A stretch of DNA of 63,793 nt, counting the filler, from Octopus bimaculoides (Eukaryota): the NCBI RefSeq assembly GCF_001194135.2. It is 6 parts of 5 records of this genome, joined end to end, with 100 filler letters (N's around TTAATTAATTAA, not from the genome) between each part and the next. Parts side by side here need not be neighbours in the genome. Positions count along the whole stretch, not along the records: positions 35,771 to 57,458 come from NC_068990.1; 5 more parts are not named here. One strand, given 5' to 3'. Positions 38,268-51,639 of this stretch are shown here, one piece after another. The number at the start of each line of letters is the position of its first letter. Within the stretch, counting starts at the first letter, position 1. A program made the position numbers and the translations under genes. Under the pieces are notes generated by a model, which was given only the letters and a program-made list of their open reading frames with translations, did not search any database and was not told the origin of the DNA.

Positions 38268-39949
38268 TAATTGTTTGCCTTCTCTCACTACACACACACA
38301 CACACACACACACANNNNNNNNNNNNNNNNNNNNNNNNNNNNNNNNNNNNNNNNNNNNNNNNNNNNNNNNNNNNNNNNNNNNNNNNNNNNNNNNNNNNNN
38401 NNNNNNNNNNNNNNNNNNNNNNNNNNNNNNNNNNNNNNNNNNNNNNNNNNNNNNNNNNNNNNNNNNNNNNNNNNNNNNNNNNNNNNNNNNNNNNNNNNNN
38501 NNNNNNNNNNNNNNNNNNNNNNNNNNNNNNNNNNNNNNNNNNNNNNNNNNNNNNNNNNNNNNNNNNNNNNNNNNNNNNNNNNNNNNNNNNNNNNNNNNNN
38601 NNNNNNNNNNNNNNNNNNNNNNNNNNNNNNNNNNNNNNNNNNNNNNNNNNNNNNNNNNNNNNNNNNNNNNNNNNNNNNNNNNNNNNNNNNNNNNNNNNNN
38701 NNNNNNNNNNNNNNNNNNNNNNNNNNNNNNNNNNNNNNNNNNNNNNNNNNNNNNNNNNNNNNNNNNNNNAATGTCCTGTACCCAGATATGCACCTATACA
38801 TACAGGTGGATGTCGGTATGCACATACCTGTACGTATATATGCATATACTCATTTACTATTTGTTTTTACATGATTGAACGCAGCATCTTCCAAATGTAA
38901 GTAGTTTTCGTAACTCATCCTCCGACGCTACTCTCTTTCTCTTTCCTTCCCCACCTCGTTCTTCCTCTGTACTACTACGTATCTCGCTTTACCCCTCTCG
39001 TTCTTCCTCTGTTACTACTACGTATCTCTTTTCCCCCTCGTTTTTCCTCTCTTTCTCTTTTCCTCTCGTTGCTCACCTATTCTTCTACTTCCTCCCTCTG
39101 TTTTTCTCTCTCTTCCCTTTACACCGGCATGGTCACATGCTTCCGGTCAATAATCCTTTCCTTCCTTGGCTTTCGCCAAGCAACGCACGCACCACTTTGT
39201 CCCTCTCGGGTCCGTGCCTCATCGCGTTCTTACACACATAATTTNNNNNNNNNNNNNNNNNNNNNNNNNNNNNNNNNNNNNNNNNNNNNNNNNNNNNNNN
39301 NNNNNNNNNNNNNNNNNNNNNNNNNNNNNNNNNNNNNNNNNNNNNNNNNNNNNNNNNNNNNNNNNNNNNNNNNNNNNNNNNNNNNNNNNNNNNNNNNNNN
39401 NNNNNNNNNNNNNNNNNNNNNNNNNNNNNNNNNNNNNNNNNNNNNNNNNNNNNNNNNNNNNNNNNNNNNNNNNNNNNNNNNNNNNNNNNNNNNNNNNNNN
39501 NNNNNNNNNNNNNNNNNNNNNNNNNNNNNNNNNNNNNNNNNNNNNNNNNNNNTATATATATATATATATATATATCAATTAGAAAATGGAGGATAATATG
39601 CTGAACCCAACTACTTGCAGGCAGTGTATCCCGTTGAATTCATTAATTTAATTCATAGCTAAAGTGACAAAAAAATAAAAAACCCAAAGTACAGGTGTTT
39701 ATGACAAACCATGTTATTTTGCCAACCGGGTTTACATAATAGAAGTACATATAGAGAGAAAGGGAGAGAGGGAGAGAGATATAAGTAAATGTAGGGATAA
39801 GCAAGTTAGACAGATCAATATATAAAGTATATTAAATACATAAAATACAAAAATATGTATATATGTTTACATACAAAAAGTTTCGACTTACACAGACAAC
39901 AAATGATATACAGAAGTAAAAGGGCTTCTTTCAGTTTGACATCTCAAAT

Positions 39950-41345
39950 TGTTATTCCCCAATATCACCAATTTTCTTAAATAAAGCCTTAATCTTCGCC
40001 CGAAAATACGCACCCATCTCTTGATATGACATTGATATCATCCTAACTGCAAGGGAGACTCTAATTCACTTTAAGGATAATAATTGGACCCATAACTCAT
40101 TTTTCGTATTTCTTCGATATAAACATGGGCGCATCGGACTCAGCCCAGGTTGCTAACCCAGTTGGTCGATTCCTTCTTTCCCAAATTAAACAATACCTCC
40201 TTATCCTCTCCGATGACCTAGACAGGAATGATGCACTCCTTTCAGCAACTGGACTATCACGACCGTCCATGGAATGCACCAAGAAAGCTCCATGCAATTT
40301 GTTAAAAAATTATAGCCAAAATTTTTTATTCGAAATTGATACTAAGGTAGTTTATTTCTTACACCTTACTCTGGGCTTAAATACAGATCTATACCTCCCT
40401 TTCCATAAACCCAACCAATCTTTACAATATATCAATGTTCTATCAAATCACCCTAATAGTGTAGTCGCAGGCATATCTATCAGAATCTCCAACTTATCCC
40501 CAAACGAAGAAATTTTTAACAGTCATGTCCCATAATATAATCAGGTCCTCTAAATAAGCGGCTTCCGCGAAAAGATCTACTATATCCCCAATACTAAGCT
40601 TAAAACTAAAATTGCACATCCCCTTCCTAATACTAACCCCGAATCTACAGATTCTTCCACTCAACATCAATCCAACAACTATAAAAAAAAAAACCCTACA
40701 CAACGCACTCGACAGTCCCACTGGTAACATCAAGTCTATAACAACTACAAGCCTTCTCCTCCTGATCCACCCACTACAACCACACACTCTAAACATTCTA
40801 AGGCCAGGAAGCAGGGAAATCTTATGGTTCGCACCCCCTTTCTCTCTCCAAGTTAAATTTCTACCAAAACTTTTCTTTAAAATCCTAAAATCTAACTTCC
40901 CACCACAGAATAAATACTACCCTATCTTTAATAAATTATCCGTGAAAATCCTCTACTCCACCACACCTAATTTGGGATCCATAATCGCCTCTTCTAAGAG
41001 ACGCAAACTTCAACACCAATCCTTGGAACATCCTGACTCTCATACAGCTCCCCAAATTAACCCACATAGTAACAATAACACAACCCTCAGTAACCCCTCA
41101 ACTAAATAATATCAGACTCAAGGCATCTTCCCACAATTCTACTCATGCAAGAACATATTCCAGCTGCGATACCGCCTCCCAATCCAATACTGACACAGAT
41201 TGCACTTCGGGTTCTCCCTCACGAATAATGGACCAAAGGAGTTTGACCGCCCAGCAATAATATTCAATTGCGGAGCAGGTAGGAAAACTTGAAATTGTCG
41301 AGTTTCTCAACTATGATCTCTTGGAGGCTCTTGTCTACGCAAAAA
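39950..41345 (+). mobile_element. Degenerate Penelope-like retroelement: RT core/thumb and linker
   Basis: LNKALIFARKY..DIDIILTARETL..., FDINMGASDSAQVAN, FHKPNQSLQYINVLSNHP, ILWFAPPFSLQVK, IFNKLSVKILYSTTPNLGSII are PLE RT signatures as recalled; the catalytic YRDD reads DRND (40221-40232); stops and frameshifts present. Confidence 0.85.
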
Positions 41346-41433
41346 TGTACTCTATAAGTGCCGTGTTGCAACACTATGCTCCCACAAAGCAAGGTTGTAT
41401 ATCGGTGGCACAGTTGATTTCAATGTATGTTTG

Positions 41434-41474
<41 letters not shown>

Positions 41475-41523
41475 GTATATGTATGTATGTGTATATATAT
41501 ATATATATGTATATGTATGTATG

Positions 41524-41570
<47 letters not shown>

Positions 41571-43481
41571 CTTTGTGTGTTTGTGTGCGTGAAAATATAT
41601 GTATGTGTGCGTGTGGGTGTGAGTATATCCATGTCCCTGGCACATAGCCTGAAATCTACTGATTTAAACTACTGTGCAGTAGTAATTCTGTCTTACTCTT
41701 TACGTTCTGAGTTCAAATCCCATGGTATCCGAGTTTACCTTTTAATTCCTCCAAGATGTCAATAAAATGAGATACCAGTGTTATATTGGATTATCAATTC
41801 AATCGAATTTACACCACCAGCGCCATAACCACCATCCATCTCTTTAAATGTGCTGTATTGCATTAATCGAAATCGTTATAATCAGTTCATTTCTCTCTCC
41901 TTGTGCAAAAAAGAAAACAAATTAAAACTACAGATTTACAAATAAATAATTAACTAAATAAATAAATATTTGGTTCCTGGCTGTTTGCTAGTTTCTTCAT
42001 TCAGAAGAATTGATTACATAGACATATATTCAAATCTTGTCAATGCAGACTTATTGAAGTGACTTACATCTCCAAATAAGGTACTTACTTGATGTTTGTT
42101 AATATGTATTTGTCGGGGGAGGGGGAAATGATGGGTTAGACGAGGTAAGAAACTTCTCTGCTTTGTTTCGCTTTCTTTTCTAACCTGATTTCGTCAACAA
42201 GTCAGACTAAATAATTGATGAACTCAATTCTAAATGCGCTTCATTTTCCTTCTTTCTGCGTCTTCTCAAAAAAATCTACCTCTGCTGCTCGTTCCCTTAC
42301 TTCCCTTCCATCTTCTTCTTCCCTTTCATTTTCTTCTTCCCTTTCATCTTCTTTCTCCCTCCTCATCTTCTTCTTCTTTCTTATTCTTCCTTCTTTTTCT
42401 TTCTTCCTTCCTCCTCCTCTTCTTTCTTACTCGTCCTTTTTCTACGTCTTCTTCCTTTTTACGTCTTCTTTCTTTCTTCTTCCGCTTCTTCCGTCTTCTT
42501 TCTTCTCCCTTCTTCCTTCTTCTGCCTTTATTCTATTTCTTCTTTTATTCTTTCCTTCTTCCGCCTTCATTTTAACCTGTCTTTTTTTACTGTCTTCTTT
42601 TATCTTCAACCGTCAGCTTTTGCTTCTTTTGCCTTCTTCGTCATCTTCTTTCCATTTTCTGTCTTTTTCTTTCACTTTACCTTCTTGTTCTTGTGGTTGT
42701 TCTTCTTTCCATGTTATCTCCCACCACCACCATCCCTACTTTTCATCTCTTATCTTCTTTCTGTATCTATTTTCATGTCTTCTTCAAAGCTTTTGAAAAG
42801 TAATTCATATTTTGCCATACCTCTAGACACTTGAAGTATTAAAATTATTAGAACGCCAAACTAAATGAATGCACCAATTTTTTTTTCTTTTCTACTATAG
42901 GCCCAAAGCCTGAAATTTTGGAAAGCGGGGTGGGGGCTAGTTGATTACATCAACTGGTACTTATTTCACTGACCCCGAAAAGATAAAAGGTAAAGTCGAC
43001 CTCGGTGACATTTGAACTCAGAACATAAGACCGAATGTATCAAAATATTTACTTTCGTTTTCCTTCCTTTACACTGGTTCTTTATCTGGATGATAGATTG
43101 TGAACTCACGAGGTGGTGCTCTGTAGGGCGATAGATGTTCAGAGGGGTTGTGATTTTTCTCAGAAATAAAATATTTAAGCCCATACAATGCTTTTAATCT
43201 TTGTTGAATTTTTTGCTTCTCTTTTTAAGAGAGGTATGGTGAATTGGATGAACAGAAATATGCCTAACGATGAACCAAACTCCGATGTTCACAATTTACT
43301 TCTTTTAGATCTAAAAAGTAAATATAGTGAAGCTGCAAGCCTTGTATTTAATATGTTGGACTCACGATTATAAGGTCGCAGGTTCAATCCCTGGACTATG
43401 TGACGCATTGTGTCCTTGAACACAGCAGTTCATTTCACGTTATTCCAAGGTACTCCACTGATACAGTCGAGTGCTGGTGCA

Positions 43482-43547
<66 letters not shown>

Positions 43548-44353
43548 CTAGCTGTCACATCTTTGGCTTTTTGCAGGGTCAAGAATGTATGGGCCGATAG
43601 GGTTTCTATGTCTACTCGCGACTACATAAGCACCTAAAACAGTTAACGAAAGTGCGCGTATGCTACTAGATCTTATTCTCTTGCAAGAGACAACTATGTT
43701 TTTCTTTCTTTTTTTTTTTAAGTAAATACTACTTTTTGAACAAATATTGTATTTACTAAAGCTGAAGCAAAAGATCTAATTGCTTTTTTTTTTTTTTATT
43801 TTCGTATTGCTTCAACATTATCAACTGTTTTTTTTTATATATATATTTGGGGACGGTCATCTTTTTCCAATTACTCATGCGCACTATATATTTGATCTTC
43901 GCTATAGCTTTATTACTATTAATAGTTTNNNNNNNNNNNNNNNNNNNNNNNNNNNNNNNNNNNNNNNNNNNNNNNNNNNNNNNNNNNNNNNNNNNNNNNN
44001 NNNNNNNNNNNNNNNNNNNNNNNNNNNNNNNNNNNNNNNNNNNNNNNNNNNNNNNNNNNNNNNNNNNNNNNNNNNNNNNNNNNNNNNNNNNNNNNNNNNN
44101 NNNNNNNNNNNNNNNNNNNNNNNNNNNNNNNNNNNNNNNNNNNNNNNNNNNNNNNNNNNNNNNNNNNNNNNNNNNNNNNNNNNNNNNNNNNNNNNNNNNN
44201 NNNNNNNNNNNNNNNNNNNNNNNNNNNNNNNNNNNNNNNNNNNNNNNNNNNNNNNNNNNNNNNNNNNNNNNNNNNNNNNNNNNNNNNNNNNNNNNNNNNN
44301 NNNNNNNNNNNNNNNNNNNNNNNNNNNNNNNNNNNNNNNNNNNNNNNNNNNNN

Positions 44354-44402
<49 letters not shown>

Positions 44403-44564
44403 AAAAGTAAGAATCAAATATATAGTGCATGCCATTAATTAGCAAAAATGGCTGTTCCCAAATATAACAATATCTGTTTCAACACACGATTTCACATCAA
44501 GAGTTTTGCGAAATAAATATATAAACGTAAAATTTTTATACATTGTTCTTGTGTATTATGCACC

Positions 44565-44830
44565 TTTATCTACTACATATGTGGAAATTTGTGTGTGTTT
44601 GTTTGTGGCGTTGTTATCTAACTCCTCCTACACCGTTTTATCGATTTTGATGAAACTTGACACATGAGAAGAACTCGTGTCTGAAAAATCGATAATAGGG
44701 CCCCTGTAAGGATTCTTATATCTACTACATATAACTAATATATTATTTTTAAACATCCAAGGGAAATAACCCATTCCCTCCTGGAAGGGATCCTTATATA
44801 TACCCAAGGGAAATAACCCATCCATATTCG
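44565..44830 (+). repeat. Possible Helitron-like 5' segment with short direct repeats
   Basis: TATCTACTACATAT twice and CCAAGGGAAATAACCCAT twice; CGATTTTGATGAAACTTG recalls non-autonomous Helitron-like repeats. Confidence 0.3.
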
Positions 44831-45439
44831 TAAAATATTTCGTATAAATTAAATTGAGTATGCTTATTTCTTAGTATTTGAACTATTTGAGTTATTTTCG
44901 CAATTTATCCAGTACAACCCTTAAACAAGTAAATAGTATTTTCCTAAACAATAGTGACTTATTCACGAATATACCAACACTAGCGCCGCTGAGGGTAATA
45001 TTCTCTGCGAATGAACAAAAGCTTTTTTCAGAGTTATTTACTTTGAATTGTTATTATCTCATATCTGATTAGCCTGTTATTACGTAACATGCTTCACGAT
45101 TTTAGTATTTAGTATACCTTATTAGTATTTCCTCCTAAGTTCTATATACTCTAGGAACGTATTAAAACCCTTTTCCAGGCTACTTTATTTGAATTCTTAC
45201 TATCGGGTAATTAATTTCATGTTCACAATTTGGTTATTCATAACTTATTGGTAATTCCTAAAAACAAGATCCTGTGTAAGACAGTTCGGTATTCTCAATA
45301 AATGCACACGTTTTAAGGGCTACATACTTTGTATTATTGTTATTGGATTAGTGAAACAATTATGAGAACGAAACCAAGGAATAGGGCCCGCTTTCTCGGG
45401 AATTACCTTGTATGTCAGCTAGTTATTAATAAAATATTA

Positions 45440-46085
45440 AAGGCGGTGAGCTGGCAGAACCGTTAGCTCGCCGGTCAAAATATTTATCAGCATTTCGTTT
45501 GCCTTTACGTACTGAGCTCAAATTCCGCCGTGACGACATTGCCTTTCATCCTTTCAAAGTCGATAAAATAAGTACCAGTCAAGCACTGGTCAATATAATC
45601 GACTCCCCCGTCCCCTCAAAAGCTGCTGGCCCTGTGTCAAGATTTGAAATCATTATTAATAAAGTATTAAAGGCGGCGAACTGGCAGAATCGTTAGCACA
45701 CCGGAAAAAATGCTGAGAGGCATTACTTCCAGCTTATTATGTTCTGAGTTCAAATCCCACCGATTTTCGGAGTCGATAAAATAAAGTATCAGTAAAGTAC
45801 TGGGGTCGAATTAATTAACTTGCCTCCCCACTCAAAAATAGCTGACTTTGTTCTAAAATTAGAAAGAATTAGAAAGAAAGCTGGCAGAATCGCTTGCACG
45901 CCAAACAAGATGTTTAGCAGTGTTTCTTCCAGTTTTACATTCAAATGTTGCCGAGCCCGACTTTACCCTTCATTCTTTCGTGGTCGATAAAATAAATACC
46001 AGTTAAGCGCTGGGATCGATGTAATCGACTCGCCCCGTTCCACCCTAAAAAAATTCAGGCTTTGTGCTTATTGTGGAAAGAATTA
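45440..46085 (+). mobile_element. Three tandem copies of the same SINE family
   Basis: GCTGGCAGAA heads near 45450, 45680 and 45880; TTATTAATAAA-like repeats at the junctions. Confidence 0.8.
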
Positions 46086-46129
46086 TTGATAAAGTGTTGA
46101 TATTCTGAAATTAAATACAAGATAGTTTA

Positions 46130-46649
46130 TTTTGATTTTCTTCACTTGCTTTGTTTGCAACATATAGAAATGAATAAACAAAAAAGAAATTATAGCCGAT
46201 ATGCACCTGACTGATTGAAGTTTAGTGTTAGTTACCTAAATTGAGATGGCAAATACTGAAGGAAATGAAACTTGCAGAATGTCTGAACACTTGAAAAAGA
46301 AAACATCCTAAGTTAATAAGGATTACAATTATTTTCTTGATTTAGAAATTAAATTTGGAAACTGTTCTATAATTATAATTCTACTTTAAAATAATACGAA
46401 ACAACAATGAAAGAGTTTATAGCATTACGTAAAATTCCATAACTCATTGCTAAATGTGAGAAACCTAAGAGTGTTGAAGATTATTTTACGTTCCGTGACA
46501 AATTTTTTTTACACTCTGTTACCTACTGAAGCTGATGTAATTTCTTCGATTCCACTCAGTAATAGTTCAGCCTCAACTAAAATCGATGTAATGACAAACT
46601 GACATTGAAAGAGAGCTTTGTAGTGACTTAAAAAACTAGATTTTGTTTA
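46130..46649 (+). mobile_element. hAT (Buster/Charlie, SCAND3/ZBED5-like) transposase relic, N-terminal part
   Basis: Fragments RMSEHLKK and DVISSIPLSNSSASTKIDVMTN..IERELCSDLK; ends at the mariner TA site. Confidence 0.7.
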
Positions 46650-48317
46650 TCAGGCTGAGTAAAAAGTAAACAACGTTTAGAAACATGAAATTCATCACAA
46701 TATATTTCAACAATGCGATGTTTTAATCGTCAAAATGAGTACAAGTTTGTTTATTCCGGTAACATAAAAATCTGGAGTTCTAGAGCTAATGAAGTCTCTG
46801 AACGCACTTTTAGCATTTGGTTTGATTTTTGAACTCCTTTTCTCGCAGGAAACTATCAAGATGCTTGAAAAATTGTTAGTCGGTAGGAGAAATGTCTGGG
46901 GAATAAACTGGGTGAGGAACAACTTCCCTCAACTTCTAGACTGTCATTAGTGAAATGTGTGGTTGAGTATTGTCATGAAGAATGATTGGCCCTCTTTTGT
47001 TGACCAGTCTAGAGCGGAGGAATAGCAGATTTTCGTTCATTTTGACAATTTCATGGCAACGGTTACTTTTTTGCTGGTGGTAGCTTTCTGGGTAATGGCA
47101 TCCTTGGCCGAGGCTACCACCTTGTCGTTGTTGGTCTCTATGTTGGTGGTCGACCCCTAGGTAATGGCCTCCTTGGCCGGGGCTGCCACTTTTGCCGCTT
47201 TTTCGCCTTTTTATCCACAGTCGGACCTCTGGTGTCCTTTCCTTCCGCACCGGAAGAACCGAGGTTTCCTCCATTCCATGCTGATGATTAGGGCTGATTC
47301 CTCTGCGATTAATAGTCTATTTGGGAGCCCTTCTAGATCTGTAAGGGAAGCTTGTACCAGGATTCCCAAGGATTGTCCTTTCCAGTTCTGGGTGACACAT
47401 CTTTTATCCTGGATAACCTCCAGTTTTTCCTCCCTATTGAAGAGGAGCATGACAATAACCCATGCTACCTCAACATCAGGATGGATATTTGTTATTTCTA
47501 TCCGGGACGTCCTGCGTCCCAGATATAATGGCAGCAATGCCATTTTGTCGTTCTGCAAGGTCCGGGCGGAATATTCCTTAGCCTTTTCAACCGATTCGAA
47601 CCTTGCTTCGACCGTAGCGTACCTATTACCTCGAGTCAGGAAGACGATATCCCTCATTACTGACCCGAGGCACTCTTCAATATCTTCCTCCTCGAACCGT
47701 GTGATTGTCTTGTTTTTTAAACAAAAGGTTTTATAAATGGTTGTTCTTTCCCTTCTACAGTTCGTAATTTCAGGTGGTAGGGAGAATTTACTTTCCCCGT
47801 TACTTTCAGTTATTTTACCAAAAAGCAGTTGTATTTCTGCCTTTTTAACCTTAATAATTTCCTGTTGTTGACCAACAGCAGCGGCATAGTTCATTGTTAC
47901 TGCTTCTGCAGTTGACGCCATAACGGCACTCAAAATTAATTGTCTACAACGAGGTAAACAAATACAGTTTATACAAATCCTTCCCCCGTGGGGGAGGTAA
48001 CAAAAAACAATATTACAATAACACTATCCAAGCCGTTAAACGAACTTTCCAACAGCAACAATAAATCCTGCAACAGGCAACAATAAATTAAACTCACCTA
48101 CAGATCTCTAAACGTTATTCAATATCCAGAAAAAAATAGATGATTGTAATAACAGTCAAAAAAAATATCAATGTTAATTTATTGATGCATCTGGGCAAGT
48201 CTACGTCTGTATTATCAGACAATTGCAAAAAAAGTTTTTTTTAAATTCAAAACCCTGCAAAAATCCGCTACAAATTCTTCATTGTTCAAAATGTTGCTTA
48301 CTTTTTTCTCAACCTGA
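46650..48317 (-). mobile_element. mariner (DD34D) element with both TIRs, internally interrupted
   Basis: Left TIR TCAGGCTGAGTAAAAAGTAAACAAC (46650-46674) and right TIR (48293-48317) match at 22/25; TA at 46648-49 and 48320-21; minus-strand peptides RGPIILHDNTQPH and AFRDFISSRTPDFYVTGINKLV. Confidence 0.85.
47070..48150 (-). mobile_element. Tx1/L1-like LINE 5' part: ORF1 gag-like protein with zinc knuckle (ORF 47211-47933)
   Basis: 240-aa ORF ending F-FRCGRKGHQRSDC (CCHC knuckle with the first Cys lost); inserted inside the mariner. Confidence 0.7.
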
Positions 48318-48319
48318 GA

Positions 48320-49100
48320 TATCTTGAAACGACACAGTGTTATAATATAAAGAAGCGTTATCAGTGGCCTTTGTGTGCTATGTTAATACAAATCAAGAAG
48401 AGTTGCTATTTGCTAAATAATTGAAAACTATTACAAAAGTTTCATCGATTTACAAACCTGAAGAAATTTTTCGACAGTAAATTCCTCTTGCAAACATTAT
48501 TGCAGTGCAACTAATGGAGCACCTTCAATGACGAGTCGTCTTCCAAATAGTTTAATAACTACACAGTGGATAATAAAAATATAGGCAACATTTACGTGCA
48601 AAGAATCTTGTATGAATTTTACTAAGACCATGAAAATTATTATAGCTCATCCGTTAAATATACGTTTTAGTTTGTCAACTTTATCACACAAGAGAAGAAG
48701 AATTTGGACATCTTTTAATGTATACTAAAATGAAATGGATGAAACAATGTAGTAATCTTGAAAGTAGAAAAACATGCTGTTCGCCTTTCTAATATTTTTA
48801 ACAATTCAATTGAAGTCAATGTTATAATGAAACGAAACAAGATACCCCTGAGATTTCCATCACTTTCCCGGTCTAAAAGTATTTGTGGAAACGTTGCATA
48901 AACATTTACGTTTAACAGAAATTAATCATCTTCCATCACTGAAGTTGGTCATGGGAAACAAATTTTAAAATTTTGGAGAGCTGAAAATACCCAAGAGGGC
49001 TGTGAATCAGTTTTAAGTTAATGCAAACAAAATTATTCCAGATTTTTCTGAAGAATTAATGAACTTGCAAAACCACTTTGAAAACCTTGTGTTATATGGT
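48320..49100 (+). mobile_element. hAT transposase relic, continuation after the mariner
   Basis: IQEELLFAK, ATNGAPSMT, AHPLN..FCQL...EEFGHLLMYTK.KW fragments, typical of Buster-type catalytic and insertion domains. Confidence 0.75.
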
Positions 49101-49442
49101 ATAAGCAGCAAAATATACGTTCTTGTTTTCGAAAGACAGTAAACTTGAAGTTGTTAGAGTTTCCTTCTCTTTACCTGATTGACTAAGGTTAAGCATAATA
49201 TACATAGTAGTAGTTAACAGCAAAGTAGAATTCAAATATGTAAAAGGGTAACTCTGAAGCTCTGTCAAATATTGAAGCTATATTTTTAAAGCAAAATCTC
49301 AACAAGCACAAAGCACCCAGTATTTATTGTTTTAGAACATAATCTGTTGAATCTTAAATTATCTTGAATATCTTAAATTATTTTACCTTAAATATAGCCT
49401 AATACTAATATATGTGTTTGGTTGTTTAATACCTGCATAAAT

Positions 49443-50935
49443 ATTTCTTTATTGCCCACAAGGGGCTGACAAAGAGGAGACAGCACAGTCTGATTGGGGT
49501 CAGACACACAGATGATTACAATTTAAAAATTAAGATGCGGTTACAATAAAATCGAATGAAAAAATCGAATGAAATACAACACAAAGGACAAAATCACAAG
49601 CACACAATGGGGCAGTAAAAACAGGTTACACTCCGATCCCACGAGCCCTGTTCTTCTACCGATACTTTTATGTACAGCCTCATGGCACGTTCACGAGGAG
49701 TCTTTCACGCCCAACATCCTCGCTACACGCATCCATCTGTCTTTAAACGTCCTCTCCGACAGGCATCTTCTCTCCAGCCTCACTTTTCAGATGAAAGGTG
49801 AAAAATCTCACCAACCCGAGACCAGAGATGATGTTGCCTGTCGCCAATCCTTTCATTCACGACTTCCATATCGCCTCTTTCGCAATTGTTACTACTATGA
49901 GAAAGCAATTCTTACCTTCTTTCGTGAGGAAATCCGGCGGGTCAATTTTTATAATTGACTCAGACGACAGCTGTACTCTTCTTGAATCCGACAACAGGTG
50001 TTCTGCATAATCCACACTTCAGACACTGAACAATAACCTCCGGACACTAAACAATAACGTGCAGGACGGTTTCCCTATCCTGCTCGCATCTTGGACAGGC
50101 CGATGAACCGGGATGACCGTGTCTGGTGAGCTTGTCCCGAGCGGGTAAGGCTCCTCGGTAACACTGCTAGATCAAAGACTTTTGGAAGTTATCCAGCGTC
50201 TTCGGCCCGAATGTTCTTCGAAACAAGCTGTCTAACTGATTGTCATCGAGACCCAGGGTCCTTCCCAGGGCATCATCATTTCCAGCCTCTACTAAACTAC
50301 TATAGTAAGCCGCGGTGGTACCGAAACTGCTGGCGTTGCCCGAGCTGCAGAACTGGAGGACTTGCGGCACTCCGTATACCAGGTACCCAACCTCGACCTA
50401 CGACGAAACCAGTTTTCTCTACCAACAAAACTAGTAAAGCTGGGTAACATCCGTTTAGCGAGCAGAGACCACACCCGTTCACCATCCAGGTAGAGCCAGA
50501 GATGCCTCAACCTCAGCGCATGCTTGCGCATCAACAGCCAAAACATCCTTAACCCACCTTTTAACAGCTTTTGACGTTCTATTTGACGGCAAATAGAACG
50601 TTTTACAAGTGGAGTGGAGTTCTTCCACAAAAAGCGAAAGATTTGCCTCTCCAACTTGCTCAACCACGAATCTGGACAAGGAACGACGGTTAGGCGGTAA
50701 ACGATGACCGATGCGGTAAATACATTAGTCACTTCCGCAATCCCTTTCAATGATAGCCACCGCCAAGACCAGGTCTTGACTAAGTAGGCCACCTTGCTCG
50801 ATAGCTCAGACCAGTTCTTTTCTATCTGGAGATCTGGACCAAACCAGATTCCTAGCAACTTAACCGGGCCCTCCGTCCAGCGTCCTCCGACGCTATTCGA
50901 AGACATCGACTTGCCCCTCCAACCCTGCATAAATC
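49443..50935 (-). mobile_element. 5'-truncated Tx1/L1-clade LINE: ORF2 C-terminal region and 3' UTR
   Basis: GPVKLLGIWFGPDLQIEKNW..LSLKG..FRFLWK..GGL (ORF 50292-50930); C-terminal CPRCEQDRETVLHVIV*C knuckle; 3' tail GCCCCTTGTGGGCAATAAAGAAAT. Confidence 0.88.
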
Positions 50936-51639
50936 TTATAGCATTTTAATAAAAATTTAAATTGTAATGTTCTTGACTCTTATTTCTTTGCGTGCACAAA
51001 TATCATAAATATAATTTCGCTATGTAATTCCCCGCCTTCTTCAGAAATTTTCGTAAAAAATTAATGTAGGTGACACTAGTCCACGCAAATTTAATTAAAA
51101 TCTAAATAGTAATGTTGTTCTTTGCACAAATACTATAAATCTAAATATAATGCCATATAAATACTCGCCTTCTGTAGTAACATCCATAAAAAAATTTAAC
51201 ATAGGGTCACTAGTTCACGCAAATATCTTAAGTAAAAAGATGCATATGCTGGATAGAATATTATAAGAAAATATGGTTAATAAACCACAAGGTCCTGTTT
51301 CATTAAAATAATTTGTTCTTGTTTTTCTTTTTTTGGAAAAGGATGTCGTAAACGCCTGATGCTATGCGATATAAGCAGAAGAATAAAAATAAAAGGGATC
51401 GCTGAGCAACAGGAAGTTGAGAACCATTACTTTACCGCATCATCAACTGAATTTCCATAAAAGTCGTCTTTGCCTTGTTGCCGAGACTTATTTAACGATT
51501 TTGGCAACAAGGCAAAGACGACTCAGGGAGACGAGTAGATGTTTATGTCTGCTCGCGATTACATAGGCGCCTAAAATAAATAGTGAAGCATGATATATGC
51601 TGCTAGGTCATACTCGCTCGCGAGTGACGACAAGCAGAA

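Noticed and set aside
47070-50935. One full-length LINE made of the ORF1 and ORF2 pieces
   Set aside because: On the minus strand ORF2 and its tail come before ORF1, and hAT/mariner sequence separates them.
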